Below are positions 24,921 through 38,559 of a stretch of 64,000 nucleotides of DNA, one piece after another. The notes under the pieces are model-generated. The model had not been told where the DNA came from and ran no database searches. It saw only the letters and a list, made by a program, of their open reading frames with translations. Source of the DNA: Octopus vulgaris (taxonomy: Eukaryota); contig OX597834.1 in the NCBI GenBank assembly GCA_951406725.2, positions 44,516,001 through 44,580,000 of the forward strand, written 5' to 3'. A program made the position numbers and the translations under genes. Each line of letters starts with the position of its first letter. Position 1 is the first letter of the stretch.

Positions 24921-26729
24921 AGTACCATGGCCTGCTAGCTGAAGATACCTGTCTAGACTTTGTAAACATATATATATATATATATGTATATATATATTTT
25001 TTTTTTTTATTTTATCTAGTTTCAGCTCACGAGCTGTGGCCATGCTGGGGCATAATTTCAGTGAAGTATATTCGCTGATCACGAAAAATAGAAGTATTAA
25101 CTTTCTAAATATCACTATCGTTCCACTACTGCTTCTAGCTCTCTGAGATATTTAGAAATATTTAGAAATATTGTCGTCGATCTTTTCGGCTAAAATACTT
25201 CAAGGTATTGTCCCAGTATGGCCGCAGAGTGATGACTGGAACAAGTAAAAGAATGAAAGACCGAAACATATATATATTGAGCACACTACACACACACACA
25301 CACACACACACACAAATGCACATACATACACGCTCATATATACATGTACATACGTGTGTACACGTGTGTGTCTGTATGTGTGTATGTGTGTGTGTGTGTG
25401 TGTAAATATGTATCTAGGTGTATATTATACGCCTCAGTTTGTATGAGTGTATGTGTGTATGCGTGTGTACGCACACCTGTGTTTGTATGTTATAGAATAT
25501 ATGTTTGTATTCTTTAAGTGGATGTGTGTATATATATATGTGTGTGTGTGTTTATTTATTTATCTATTTATTTATTTATTTATTTATATATACATATACA
25601 TTACAGCATTGCGGCAGGTTCAAGCTCCTATATACACCCTTACATGCTTCTATGCAAACATACATACACGCAATGTGATTATTGCTTTCACCTTTCAATT
25701 CAAATTGATATCCTTCTTATACACTTCTTCATTTCCCAATATACAACAACTCACAACTATAGATCCTCATTATTTCCCTAAACCGACACGAAGCCCCCTC
25801 CAGCCCCATCTTCCTCTATTTTACACACCTCATCATCCAATCATATTACATTCAGTGATTTTTTTTTTAATATCTTTCCATCTCTTAATGACCAACTGAT
25901 TCTTGTGCAAATTTCTAATTAACCTTCAATGTACACGAAATATCCTCTCAGCGAGATAAGTAATTGATCTTCTAATTAACTGAGAAAGCAATCAGTATAT
26001 ACGGCATGGTTATAGAGATGATTGGATTTTCAAACCGAAATATTACGAGTTGGAATTTCAGAAAAGGAAACAAGCAACAAGAATCTCGCTTTTAATAATG
26101 TACGGCGTGCAGCAGCAGGAAATGACATTGTAGACTGTCGTATGGGGAGAATTCTGGCTAAACTGAAATAATTATCTTGGAGTAAGTACTTTCACATATG
26201 TATTCAGGGATTAAATGGACGGTGAAATTAAAAGCGATGACTATTCCCATACAGCGCTATATGTAATTATAATAAGACAAACATTAAATTGATCTTATTT
26301 AAAACCAGAAAGCAATAAAATAAAAGTAAATTAGAAGCGGGCAATAAAATTTGGGGACGAGGTTAATAAAAATTAAAATAAGTATATGTATTAAAAGCAA
26401 ACAATACGCAATATAAAATATGATTAATAAAATTTGCTAATTAATGAGCTAGTCTGAAGCGCATATTAACAGTACACATAATGAATGCCTCTAAATAATG
26501 TACGTAATATTGGTTTCATTAATTCCTAACAGTAAGTAGCAATAGAATACGAATCAATATTTATTCACATTATGTTGTATGAATATTTATTCTTGTATGA
26601 AAGTAGGATTCAAGCCCGGAATAACAGAGCTGATCGTCATTCTTCAAAGTCGTTTCAAAGCTAATGGATTCTATGCCGCTACATACATATTCAGTCGATA
26701 ATAGTGACAAGTCGTTATTAGGTTGGAGC

Positions 26730-27249
26730 AAGGCGGAAGAGCTGGCGGAAACGTTAGCACGCCGGGCGATATGCTTAGCGGCGCTACGTCTGTCCTTACG
26801 TTCTGAGTTCAAATTCCACTAAGATCGACTTTGACTTTCATCCTTTCGGAGTCGATAAATTCAGTACCAGTTACGCACTGGGCTCGATGTAATCGACTTA
26901 ATCCGTTTGTCTATCCTTGTTTGTCCCGTCTATGTTCAGCCCCTTGTGGGCAATAAACAAACAGGTATTTCGTCTGCTGCTACGTTCTGAGTTCAAATTC
27001 CGGCGAGGTCGACTTTGCCTTCCATCCTTTCGGGGTCGATAAATTAAGTACCAGTTACGCAATGGGATCGATGTAATCGACTTAATCCGTTTATCTGTCC
27101 TTGTTTGTCTCCTCAATGTTTAGCCCCTTGTGGGCAATAAAGAATTAGGTATTTCGTCTGCCGCTACGTTCGGGGTTCAAATTCCGCCGAGGTCGACTTA
27201 GCCTTTCATCCTTTCGGAGTCGATTAAATAAGTATCAGTTACGCACTGG
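26730..27249 (+). mobile_element. SINE family B, tandem trimer (one head, body repeated about every 185 bp)
   Basis: CGTCTG..CTACGTTC.GAGTTCAAATTCC occurs three times, near 26790, 26975 and 27160. Confidence 0.9.
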
Positions 27250-27390
27250 TTGTCACGCGATGTTGGTGGGAACAAACACAAACCACCAAACATATACACG
27301 CATGCATACACACACATACATATATGTGTGTGTGTGTGTGTGACGGGTTTCTTTCGGTTTCAATCTACTTACCACACAGCCACTCCTGTA
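27250..27390 (-). mobile_element. Internally deleted SINE A copy fused to the SINE B trimer
   Basis: GACGGGTTTCTTTC is joined almost directly to CTACTTACCACACAGCCACTCCT. Confidence 0.7.
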
Positions 27391-27392
27391 TG

Positions 27393-27475
<83 letters not shown>

Positions 27476-27974
27476 TGGTCCAAAATATGCGTTACGGAAT
27501 CGAAACCGAAGCATATAGTTGCAAAACTCACTACTTTATCGCACTACAATGCCTGTTCCGTATAATTTATCAAATAAACCTGGTAATTTAATTTCCTCTG
27601 ATAAGGCTTATAATAAAATGGTTTGTATTGTATTTGTGTCGCTGTGGATTGAATTGATTCAATAGAACAGTGATATATATATTTAATTCTGTGAATGGAA
27701 GGGGAAGAAGAAATTGGTTCGACCGTTCAATAACTTGAGAATATAGATGGACGGAAATAAATTCCTTTAATCAATTCCTACAGCGATCTGCACATTTTAA
27801 TAATTGTCTGCGCTCTAAATAAATTCACCGTAATGCTAATTCTTAAAGCAGACTTACAGTATGGTTGAAGAACCAAATTGAGTGAGGTCAGATACGAATT
27901 TACAAACCAGAAACAAAAAAAGTACTGAGTATTCTTTAGACCACATGATGAATTGATCAATTCACTGCACCAAT

Positions 27975-28158
27975 AGTATCGGTTTCAAATGTTGACACGA
28001 GGCCAGCAATTGAGAGCAAAGGGCTAACTCTGTGATGTTGACATTGATCCCCCGTGCTCGTCCATTTCTTATTTTACCGACCGCGAAAGAATGGAAGACA
28101 AAGTTGACCTAGGCGGAATTTGAACTCAGAACGTACAAACATACGAAATGCCGCTAAA
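27975..28158 (-). mobile_element. SINE family B, diverged copy
   Basis: CAAAGTTGACCTAGGCGGAATTTGAACTCAGAACG. Confidence 0.7.
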
Positions 28159-28604
28159 TGTGATAACCCAATATATATATATATATATATATATTGATCA
28201 CCTTATCTAACAGAGATATTTAATACAACTACATGATTCCACTAAATAATATTTAGTGTATCATATTCTTGTATGAGACACAAGGATGTGGACTGGAAGA
28301 GAGGTGCCCAGTATTTTTTATTCGTGGAACGATCAAGTAGAGAGGCCCATTTCTAATAGCTTATGTATTGACTAATGAATCTATTGTAAGACTGATTAAT
28401 TAGTAATTCAATTGAGATGAATATGATTACTGTTATAATTTGGAGTGTCAGAAAATATAAACCAAATTAAGTGATTGATCTCTTTTGGTTACACTTTTGT
28501 TGTGAGTTCAAATCACGGTCAAGGCTTTCCAAACTGAGCACCATTCAAAACAACAAGGTTAGAGACAAAGGCAAGAAAAATAATAATAATAGCATGAACG
28601 TTAT

Positions 28605-28955
28605 AGGCGCAAGAGTGGTTGCGTGGTAAGTAGCTTGTTTACCAACCACATGGTTCCAGGTTCAGTCCCATTGCGTGGTACCTTGGGCAAATGGCTCCTT
28701 CTATAGCTTCAGAGCGACCAAAGCCTTGTGAGTGGATTTGGTAGACGGAAACTGAAAGAATCCCGTCGTATATATGTATATATATAGACATATATATATA
28801 TATATGTGTGTGTGTGTGTTTGTGTGTCTGTGTTTGTCCCTCCAACATCGTTTGACAACCGATGCTGGTGTGTTTACGTCCCCGTAACTTAGCGGTTCGG
28901 CAAATGGGACCGGTAGAATAAGTACTTGGGTCGAAATGACTGAAACAAGTAAAAT
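28605..28955 (+). mobile_element. SINE family A with a deletion in the tail
   Basis: Head, body and internal microsatellite as in the copy at 17244. Confidence 0.9.
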
Positions 28956-28989
28956 AGTATAGAGTAGATCGAAATCGAAATGTGAAAAA

Positions 28990-29290
28990 GAGGGGACAAA
29001 ATGCATTCGATGGAGATGCGTGGCGAAAGCCCTCATAGTGCTTTCGCCACTCGTGCCACAAGTCAATAGTTGACTGGCCAGGACGGTTTCGTGGTGGGGA
29101 GGCATTGCTGGAACGAAATAAACTCCACAGATCCAGAAGTACACTTAACCGAGCCCTTCCGAAATGCGCGGAGAGGGATGGAACCTTCCTGCACGCACCC
29201 GTCCAGTACCCGAACATTGATAACTAGTGAAGTTGTGAACAACTGGTGTCACGTGATGTCTCAAACTACTGTCCCCTTTTCTGGCCGGGA
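28990..29290 (-). mobile_element. Possible L1/Tx1-like LINE ORF2 remnant (post-RT region)
   Basis: GC-richer coding-like text. Frameshifted translation gives GRV...EGLG and WHEWRKAL-like motifs. Weak. Confidence 0.35.
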
Positions 29291-29599
29291 ATAGCTAGCA
29301 AACTGTTTAGTGGGAAGAGGTTGTGTGGCGGAAGAGTGGGAAAGGGCTGAGGAGAGACAACTTAGTCTTTGAGCAAACCCTTGTAGTGGTTAAATGTGTG
29401 TATCAGGTGAACAGGGGCAAAAGGAATGTGTTTGCCTTTGAAGTAAAGAAATGAGTGAATCGATTCATAGTCAAAAACTAATTTGTTCACTGGACTTAAT
29501 TTGTCTTCACTACATGCAAAATGTTGGCAACTGCTACGAGTTGCTAGAAATAGAAAAAGGGTAGATCTGTGGAGGTGATATGTCAGAAATGAATATGTT

Positions 29600-29686
<87 letters not shown>

Positions 29687-29689
29687 AGT

Positions 29690-30450
29690 TCATCTGAGAC
29701 AGTAGTCTACCATGGAACTTCGAACATTTCTCTCGGTCTCTGCGGTCTGCCACCAAAACCTGTCGTGTCGTAGATCTTTCTCAATTGCCTGCTAGGCCTT
29801 TCTTCTTTGTCTGTCTGCTGACCACCGTATTTATAATAAACGTGGCAGTTAGAAGGACAGACATACTGCAGTAGAGTTTGTACATAAATAGGTCAGTTCC
29901 TGTCCATTTGAACTTCGCCCGACATGGCTGCGGTCGTAGGTCAAAGGGAGATGATCAACCACTGTTTGACAGGACAAAGAAAACCTTTTTTCGCGCCTGT
30001 TGATCGTCGTGGTTTGGACGACCGAGAATTCTTAGATTCGGGTTCGAATCTAGGCTTGGAGAAGGAAGTGTTAATTTTTACACCATGTTCCTTGTAAAGA
30101 CTAACCAAAGTGGAGAAAGGACTTTTTGCTTTCCTACATAATTGTTCAGAGGTGCACGAGGGTGCTCTAAACATGGACCTAATAAACGGGCCCACTCTCT
30201 GCGTGCAGTTATGAGTTGAAGAAGAACGACAAGTAGATACCATAAGTAGAAAGAACGGTCGTGGATTTTGTGGGATTTCTACGTATGTACACTAGGAAGT
30301 TTCTCTCTCCTTTGGAAAATTACCGTTGTTAAATTTTATTGTTACGTGGTTAGTATTTCTTTACAATCTTTTATAAGTTTAACACTTCCCTCTTTTCTCA
30401 AAGCTTGTCTTTTTAATGTCCTTGCATTTGGGGGAGTCGAGGTGAGTAAG
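29690..30450 (+). mobile_element. Probable L1/Tx1-like LINE 3' remnant
   Basis: Frameshifted translation VVWTT...TKVEKGL...VQRCTRV...INGPTLCVQL* resembles an ORF2 C-terminus, followed by a T-rich 3' UTR-like tract. Confidence 0.45.
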
Positions 30451-30472
30451 AAAAAGTCATTGTTGTTACTGA

Positions 30473-30503
<31 letters not shown>

Positions 30504-30753
30504 TTTTGTTGTTTATAGTTGTATTAACAATGATAGTTGTAGCAACAGCAGCAGTAATAATAGTACTAGTAAGACGGTGGATGTATGTATGTACGTATGT
30601 ATGTAATTATGTATGTATGACTGTGTGTATGCATATATAAATGTGTGTATGTGTCTGTATGTGTATGTGTGTATGTATGCATGTGTGTATATGTATACAC
30701 ACACACTGATATATAAGTGTGTGTGTATACCCATACACACATACACACTTATA

Positions 30754-30833
<80 letters not shown>

Positions 30834-31706
30834 TACATACATAAGCAAAAGCCAAAACCATCAGTGAAAAAAATAGAAAAAATATATATTTAAACAAGTT
30901 TAAACAGTGACATCAGCATCAGCATCACCACCACCACAACCACCACCACCTGCACCGCCCTCATCTTCTCACACACACAACGTTCACACCTACGTTGACA
31001 GTCTCTCTCTCACACCCTGTAGAAGCGTAGTTATCAGTGCAAGCATCTCCATGTAAATAATCTAGTTAAAATAACTGAGTTTCTTAAGGAACTCGATAAG
31101 AATCTCGCTATACACACACTGATGCTTTTGTTCTCTTTTGCTACCGTTATCTGGAGAATCCTTCTTAATGATTTAAGTTTGAGACACGTATTCTTACTTC
31201 AAATTCGTGTAGCTTGTTCATTCTGATATTCCATTTATTGTTGTTGTTGCTGTTGTCTTGTGGAATTAAGTTATTTCCTGCTTTGTCGTGTATTAATCGT
31301 CGTTTTACCGCCGTTCTTTCCACATTACATTTGTTTCTATATTTTTTTCGTACTTTTATATAATGATTTAAATGTAAGATAAGAAAAAGAAAACATCATT
31401 TAAAATAACAATATAAAATGAAATCTCAAACTTGAATCCGATTTAGAAGTTGCATGACTCGATAAACGGTTAAACTGAAAAAGCTCACAGCACCTCACTA
31501 TTTCTAAAAACATAAGTAACACCAACACAAGCAACAAACATACTAAGAAGTTGTTCACCCTAGACTTTCTGTCTCAACTCTGTGATTTTCTGTTGCTACT
31601 CAGCAGGCTTTTGCTACCTTGCTACTTGTGTATCTTGGTTTAGGCATTTAGGTCTACGTTACTGATTATTACGTACCCTTTTCCTCAACTATAGTCTACC
31701 CAAGTC

Positions 31707-31941
31707 TATTTCTTTACTACCCACAAGGGGGGCTAAACACAGAGAGAACAAACAAGGACAGACAAACGGATTAAGTGGATTATATCGACCCCTGTGCGTA
31801 ACTGGTACTTATTTAATCGACTCCGAAAGGATGAAAGGCAAAGTCGACCTCGGCGGAATTTGAACTCAGAACGTAACGGCATACGAAATACCGCTAAGCA
31901 TTTCACCCGGCGTGCTAACGTCTCTGTCAGCTCACCGCCTT
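31707..31941 (-). mobile_element. SINE family B, full length, tail type 1
   Basis: Head AAGGCGGTGAGCTG, B box GAGTTCAAATTCC. Central GCCTTTCATCCTTTCGG.GTCGAT..ATAAGTACCAG resembles the Meta-SINE domain as I recall it. Confidence 0.92.
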
Positions 31942-33021
31942 TTAGATTCACGTTTCTGATGGTCCCGAGAATAAAAGTTTGTAATTATTTTCTAAATTGT
32001 TCGTTTGTGGATTAACAGAGGCGATATCGTCAATGATAAACTGCCTTGTGGTATTCACAGCGTAATGTTGCGTGCGAGAGATTTGTACAGGGTTGTCGTG
32101 TGACCATAATTAAAACATTTAATTCCTCAGGGCCTCCTGTAATATACCCCCAAAATATTGAGGCATTATAAAACAGAATTTGTGTGTTTGTGTGTCTGAG
32201 TGTGGTGCAAATGTTCTTTATAGATTCGTAAATTGAGTTGCCGATTTTGATGCATGATTCAGTAATCTTTCGGCTACTAAATAAACTATGTTTTTTGCAC
32301 GACAACTCTTTTTTATTACAAAAATACCCTCGAAAACAAGGTCGGATCACATAATTTTGAGGTCAATTCCATTGAAAATATTCCGATTTGCTTCTAATCG
32401 ATGTTGCCAGCTTTAATGTTTTCAACATTTTTGCTTTCTCACTTTAACTTTTTTCTATTGTATTTTATAAATCCACGTAGAAAAATACAGATATTACGAA
32501 TCACGGAATTTTTTTGTTTTCTCAATTTAAATTTTTCTGAAAGAAAAATTCATTTCCTCTTCCGCCCATCACCTCCCCGCTTTAAGCATTGTCGGCTTTA
32601 CTGAACATTTGCTGAAGCGTACAGTTTGGCCAATCATTACAGAGTTGGTGCTTTTCACAATAAAGCAGCTTTCGTTACATGTACGAAACCTCCTGCAATA
32701 CGGATACATTTACGTTCTCATTCAGCTTCAATTTCTTTACATCCCTAGGTCTTGATTGCTTACTTTTGCATGTTTGCACTCAAAAGCAAAACAAAGTCAT
32801 ATTATCGTGCAACTTATTTATATACTTTACTTTATTTCTTAGGCGTTCACTGTTCATCAGCCATGAAGCCATACATCATTCCATTAATATGTACTGCTCC
32901 ACCTCTGCATACTAGAATAACTCATTTATTTTCAAGAAGCACATCACTCCTATACATTTATGCCAAACTGCCCTCATCACTAACACTATTTACTCATATC
33001 CTTATATATATATATATATGT

Positions 33022-33313
33022 AACGTGGCCGATGCCAGCACCACCTTGACTGGTTTCTGTGCCGGTGGCACGTAAAAAGCACCAACCGATCGTGGCCCTT
33101 GCCAGCCTCGCCTGGCACCTGTGCCGGTGGCACGTAAAAAGCACCCACTACATTCACGGAGTGGTTGGTGTTAGGAGGGGCATCCAGCTGTAGAAGCACT
33201 GCCAGATCAGACTGGAGCCTGGTGAAGCCTTCTGGCTTCCCAGATCCCGGTCGAACCGTCCAACTCATGCTAGCATGGAAAACGGACATTAAACGATGAT
33301 GATGATGATGATG
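33022..33313 (+). mobile_element. SINE/LINE-derived 3' fragment (family F) ending in (GAT)n
   Basis: Duplicated TGTGCCGGTGGCACGTAAAAAGCACC unit, then TGGTTGG.GTTAGGA.GGGCATCCAGC, and a tail CGGACATTAAAC(GAT)n. Confidence 0.8.
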
Positions 33314-34034
33314 ATATATGTACATATACATACCCACCAAAAGTCCATTTTTTATTCTGTTGTCCTCAACCTTGATATTAAATATGCTCGCAGTAAACCA
33401 TAATACTTTTCAGCATGGCTTTTGATTGGGGAAGCTAATGTTTATATGTCTTGTTCAGAGTTATCAACAACTATCATGGAATGAGTAAGAACTATTTCAG
33501 TTTCTACATCACCCGATTTGTAGCCATGAAACTGAGTTGCCAATAATGCTGTTGGTGATATCAAAAACTTAAGATTTTGTACAGCAAATATATTTTACTA
33601 CAAAAATTAACACCAAACCGAAGCTGGTTCGCATAATTTTGAGGTCAGTTGGGAGGTGATGTTAGGATTTACTTCTAATCTAAGCTGTCATTGTACATGT
33701 TTTTGGTGTTAAAAATTTCAGCATCATTCATCAGAAAATGACCTAAAAATATATTTATAAAGAAGAATTGTTTGGTTGATATTCCTCGTGTGCTGATTCT
33801 GCCCATAAGACAGGAACTAATAATGCAATATAACTGTAAGTCATAACACCCAGGCAAAGCCAGGATGCATTGCTAGTATTCTCCTTGTCCTGTCTTTTAC
33901 TGTTTACATTTTGTACTCTCGTTACTGTCCTGTTTTTGTTACCATTTTTACCCCTCCGCAAAAAGATCTTAAATTTTATTTTGCTTTTCGCGGGAAGGAA
34001 AGTTTCTATCGAAGATGCTTATCGCCTTCACCTT

Positions 34035-34203
34035 CCAAACACAGAGTAGATGAAACCATGGCGACTGAAGAAGGGGAATTTTCCTTGTTTTATTTGTCCT
34101 GAACTCTATTTTTTTGTTGTTTAAGAAAAATGTCCAGTTCCTTAGTTTTGTGTCTATGTTTTCATTTCTCATTGTGTTCGACGTTTTTTGGTGTCCTGTA
34201 CCC
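34035..34203 (+). repeat. Unclassified TA-associated repeat, homologous to 41996-42165 (-)
   Basis: Shared GAGTAGATGAAAC..ACTGAAGAAGGGGAAT and CTTATTGTGTTC.ACGTTTTTT..TCCTGTAC-like ends. Confidence 0.7.
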
Positions 34204-34361
34204 ATATATGTATGTATATATATACATGTAGAGGTAGGTACGTACATATATGTATGTATATATGCATATGTTTTATTTATTAATTTATTGTATGACGGAA
34301 CGCACGCATCCATTTCTAAGTAAGATTGTTCTTGAAATATATATATATATATATCGTAAAT

Positions 34362-34579
34362 ATTCTTTTCTACTCTAGGCACAAGGCACAAATTTTGTGG
34401 GGAGGGGGCTAGTCGATTAGATCCACCCCAGTATTCAACTGGTGCTTAATTTATCGACTCCGGAAAGGATGAAAGGCAAAGTTGACCTCAGTGTAATTTG
34501 AACTCACCGCATAAAGACAGACTAATTACCGCTAAGCATTTCGTCCGGCGTGCTAACGTTTCTGCCAACTCACCGCCTT
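34362..34579 (-). mobile_element. SINE family B, full length, tail type 2
   Basis: Same head and core as 31707, but tail ..TGCCTTGTGCCTAGAGTAGAAAAGAAT. Confidence 0.9.
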
Positions 34580-34665
34580 AAATATTAAATGATATATGCA
34601 CGCATACTATACCTACTATACATATTTATATGCGTATAAAATATTTATATGCTTATATATATATA

Positions 34666-34787
<122 letters not shown>

Positions 34788-34985
34788 TATAATCAAAAGG
34801 ATAATAATATACATTACTACCAGTGGCCCAGCACAAAGGACGAATTAGTCATTAGACAAAATATTATTCATATAGAAATATAATTAAGGGCTCCTAAATA
34901 AGAATGCTATGGACACAAAAAAGGGATAAATTTATCGAGAGTGAAAATCAAAAACATGTACCAATAACGATACATCTCAGACATA

Positions 34986-35032
<47 letters not shown>

Positions 35033-35177
35033 AAATGGAAAGATGAATTATCTTGTTACGGATTATTCAAAAGTTTAACCGATACCTGGGTAGCAAAAAT
35101 CACAGCAGAAAAAACACGGTTGGAGATAAGACCATATGGTGTTGCAACCGTGCGTTGGTGCGGATAATTGAAGTTTA

Positions 35178-35399
35178 ATATAATTAGTGAATGGAAGAAA
35201 TGGAGTTGAACGAAGATTGTACAGAAGTCCTTTTATTACATTCTACACATGTTTCAAAGGCCACAATTTTCCAAAAGCTGATTAAATATGGTATCCTTAT
35301 TTAATCAGAATTTGGAAAATTGTGGCCTTTGAAACATGTGTAGAATGTAATAAAAGGAATTCTGTACAATCTTCGTTCAACTCCATTTCTTCTATTCAC

Positions 35400-35408
<9 letters not shown>
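35178..35408. repeat. 231-bp near-perfect palindrome
   Basis: Arms of about 114 bp with about 5 mismatches around a 3-nt centre near 35293. Confidence 0.95.
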
Positions 35409-35465
<57 letters not shown>

Positions 35466-35676
35466 TATCCATGTCTCCGTGATTATACAGACGTATGTAT
35501 GTGTATATACGCCAATGCAAATCGTTTGAGAAAGAAAGAATAAGAGAAAGAAACAGAGACATCGCAGATAGGAAGGGACATTTATACCCATATAACTCTT
35601 TTTCCGACTTCCTCTCTCTTTCTCTCTCTCTCCCTTTCCGTGTATCTTATACACCCATACACTTAGACTTGTATGA

Positions 35677-35707
<31 letters not shown>

Positions 35708-35786
35708 CATATATGTATATACATGTATTTCTATTTATCTATCTATTTGTCTATCTAACTATCTATCTATCTATCTAGCTAGCTAG

Positions 35787-35855
<69 letters not shown>

Positions 35856-36673
35856 CAATTGGTATTTACATATACATACGATTGCACTTATATAAGGCGT
35901 GCATTTTTATATAAGAGAAATAATTTAATAATTTAATTCTGCAATGAAAAATTTCAATAAACATGAACCGATGTAGGAACAGATAGAGATATAACGAGAG
36001 AAAGAGAGAGAGTGAATAGTTCAGAAGAGACAGAAGTAGGCAGGAAGGTATTAAAAAGAAGAAAAAAGAATTTAAACGTACCAAGTGTATATCACATTAT
36101 GCTAAGCAAGTAGGGAGCTAAATTGTTAATCTGATCAACGTTAGATTTGTGAAAACTGCGATTCAAGGAAATAAAATAACAATCTTGTAGAAAATCTTAC
36201 CTTTTATTTATATAATTATTTGATTTTTATATTTTTCGTTCCTTCTTTCTTTTTTATATTTATTTATTGGAAAGTGTATTTTTGTTTTCTTGCTACGAAG
36301 CGATAAGTTTTAGGAAGAGAATAACAGAACTGCAAAAGTTGTGAAGATGGTGGAGACAGCGAAAAGTAAAGAGTGAGAAGGAGGGGGAGATGGTGGAAGT
36401 TAATGCGTTATTGACGAGACAAAGAGAGAGAGAGGGGGGAGATAGAGACAAAGAGAGAGAGAGAGACAAAGAGAGAGAAAAAGAGAGAGAGACTCAGAGA
36501 TTTAGAGATTGGAAGCAAGGCATATTAAGAGAGATGCAAAACTTTGTCTATATACATATATATATATATACATACATACGTACGTACATGCATACATACG
36601 TACATGCATACATACATATAAGTATATTTATATATGTGTGTGTGTATGTATATACATATATATAAGTATGGGT

Positions 36674-36755
<82 letters not shown>

Positions 36756-36767
36756 ATATATATATAT

Positions 36768-36825
<58 letters not shown>

Positions 36826-36926
36826 ATATATATACATGAGACATAGAAAAGGAGAGCGCAGATATATAGAGAGATGGAGAGTGGAATACAAGAAGACAAC
36901 ATGAAACATAAATAAGATCAAAGGAA

Positions 36927-36976
<50 letters not shown>

Positions 36977-37308
36977 ATGCGTGTGTGTGCATTATCTGTG
37001 TATATATGTATATAAAAATGAAGACTTACAGTGATACAACCAAACTTAGAGAAAAAAACCAATAAAAATACATAAAGAAAAATTTGGTAAAATAAGCAAC
37101 AATAAAAAAAAGTGAAGAAGCTTAAACAGGAATATTTGATAAGAATTTACAGGAGAAAGTATGTTGTCTTTTATTCTCTAATTATTCCTGAAAGTTCAGT
37201 GTCTGCAGTTGTACGGATGTATTTTGGTGCTAGTGTGTGTGTGTGTGTGTGTGTGATATGTGATAGTGTTTCAAGTTTCGAACAGGATGTATGCTATACT
37301 GTTATATA

Positions 37309-37427
<119 letters not shown>

Positions 37428-38182
37428 GTGTGTGTGTGTGTATTTATGCATGTCTATATATATATATATACCTATATACATATATATATATTTATTTATA
37501 TATACATGTATATAAATATATATGAAATATATATATATATACCTATATACATGTGTGTGTGTGTATGTGTGTATGTGTTTGTGTGTGTGTGTCTGAGAGA
37601 GAGAGATTGTGTGTGATTTAAAGTTCACCTACATAAATATTTTCTTTTGAAACTTGCCTGTTCAGATCACAAAGATAATTTCTGATTTGATTTAATGAAC
37701 TTATGCTTCTTGTTAGAAACTTACTTTTGTAGAAATTGAACTATGGGAGAGGTTGAATTTTAGCGGTGTACAAGTGAAACTGTAAGGTTTGTGTATCCAT
37801 AGCAGTCATGGTCGAATGGATGTGAGCTTTGTTTGGCAATTATAAGGTCGCAGACTCGATCTTATTTCCTTGCATCTCAGTCGTTTTTTACTGCAGCAAT
37901 CAGGGTTTATGTGCGAAATTATTTAGTCAGAAGTTCTTTAGAAATCCGTCAGATGTACCGTAACTCTAATTCAAATGTATCAGTCTTGTCATAGACTTCC
38001 ACCTGTTGATTCTTGCCGCTAATTAAGTTAAGGGTACACGCATCTGTATAACACTTATCTCCTCCTAATACGTTGATTCGATAATTAGGGATTTGCATTG
38101 GTCAAATTCCGCCAACACTAACACTCAAAAACCTGTCCACTTTTATATATTTATGTGCACACACACATCCCCTACAGTCACT

Positions 38183-38216
<34 letters not shown>

Positions 38217-38559
38217 CACACTCACACGCAGATACATACACGCACATACACAGACACTGACATACAGGCACTGACCACACACAGACAAGCACTCACATGT
38301 ACTAACACACATTCACACAGACACACACACACACACATGCACAGACACACACACACACACACACACAAACACACACGCACAAGCACACAAGTGTAGACAC
38401 ACATACAAGCACGACATGTACAAAATACACAAACACACAAACTTACATACATACAACGGTTTTTTTAAATGATGTAATGGAATTATTCATCAATAAGAAA
38501 CGTTTCCGCAACGGCTGTGGGGAACCTTCAACCCATTTACGGTCTCATCTTATACATAC

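Noticed and set aside
27471-27500. TA-CACTGGTCCAAAA as a Tc1-like terminus
   Set aside because: No matching opposite TIR or transposase remnant found nearby.
31013-31032. ACCCTGTAGAA, similar to the start of miR-10
   Set aside because: The match stops after about 11 nt and no precursor hairpin is evident.
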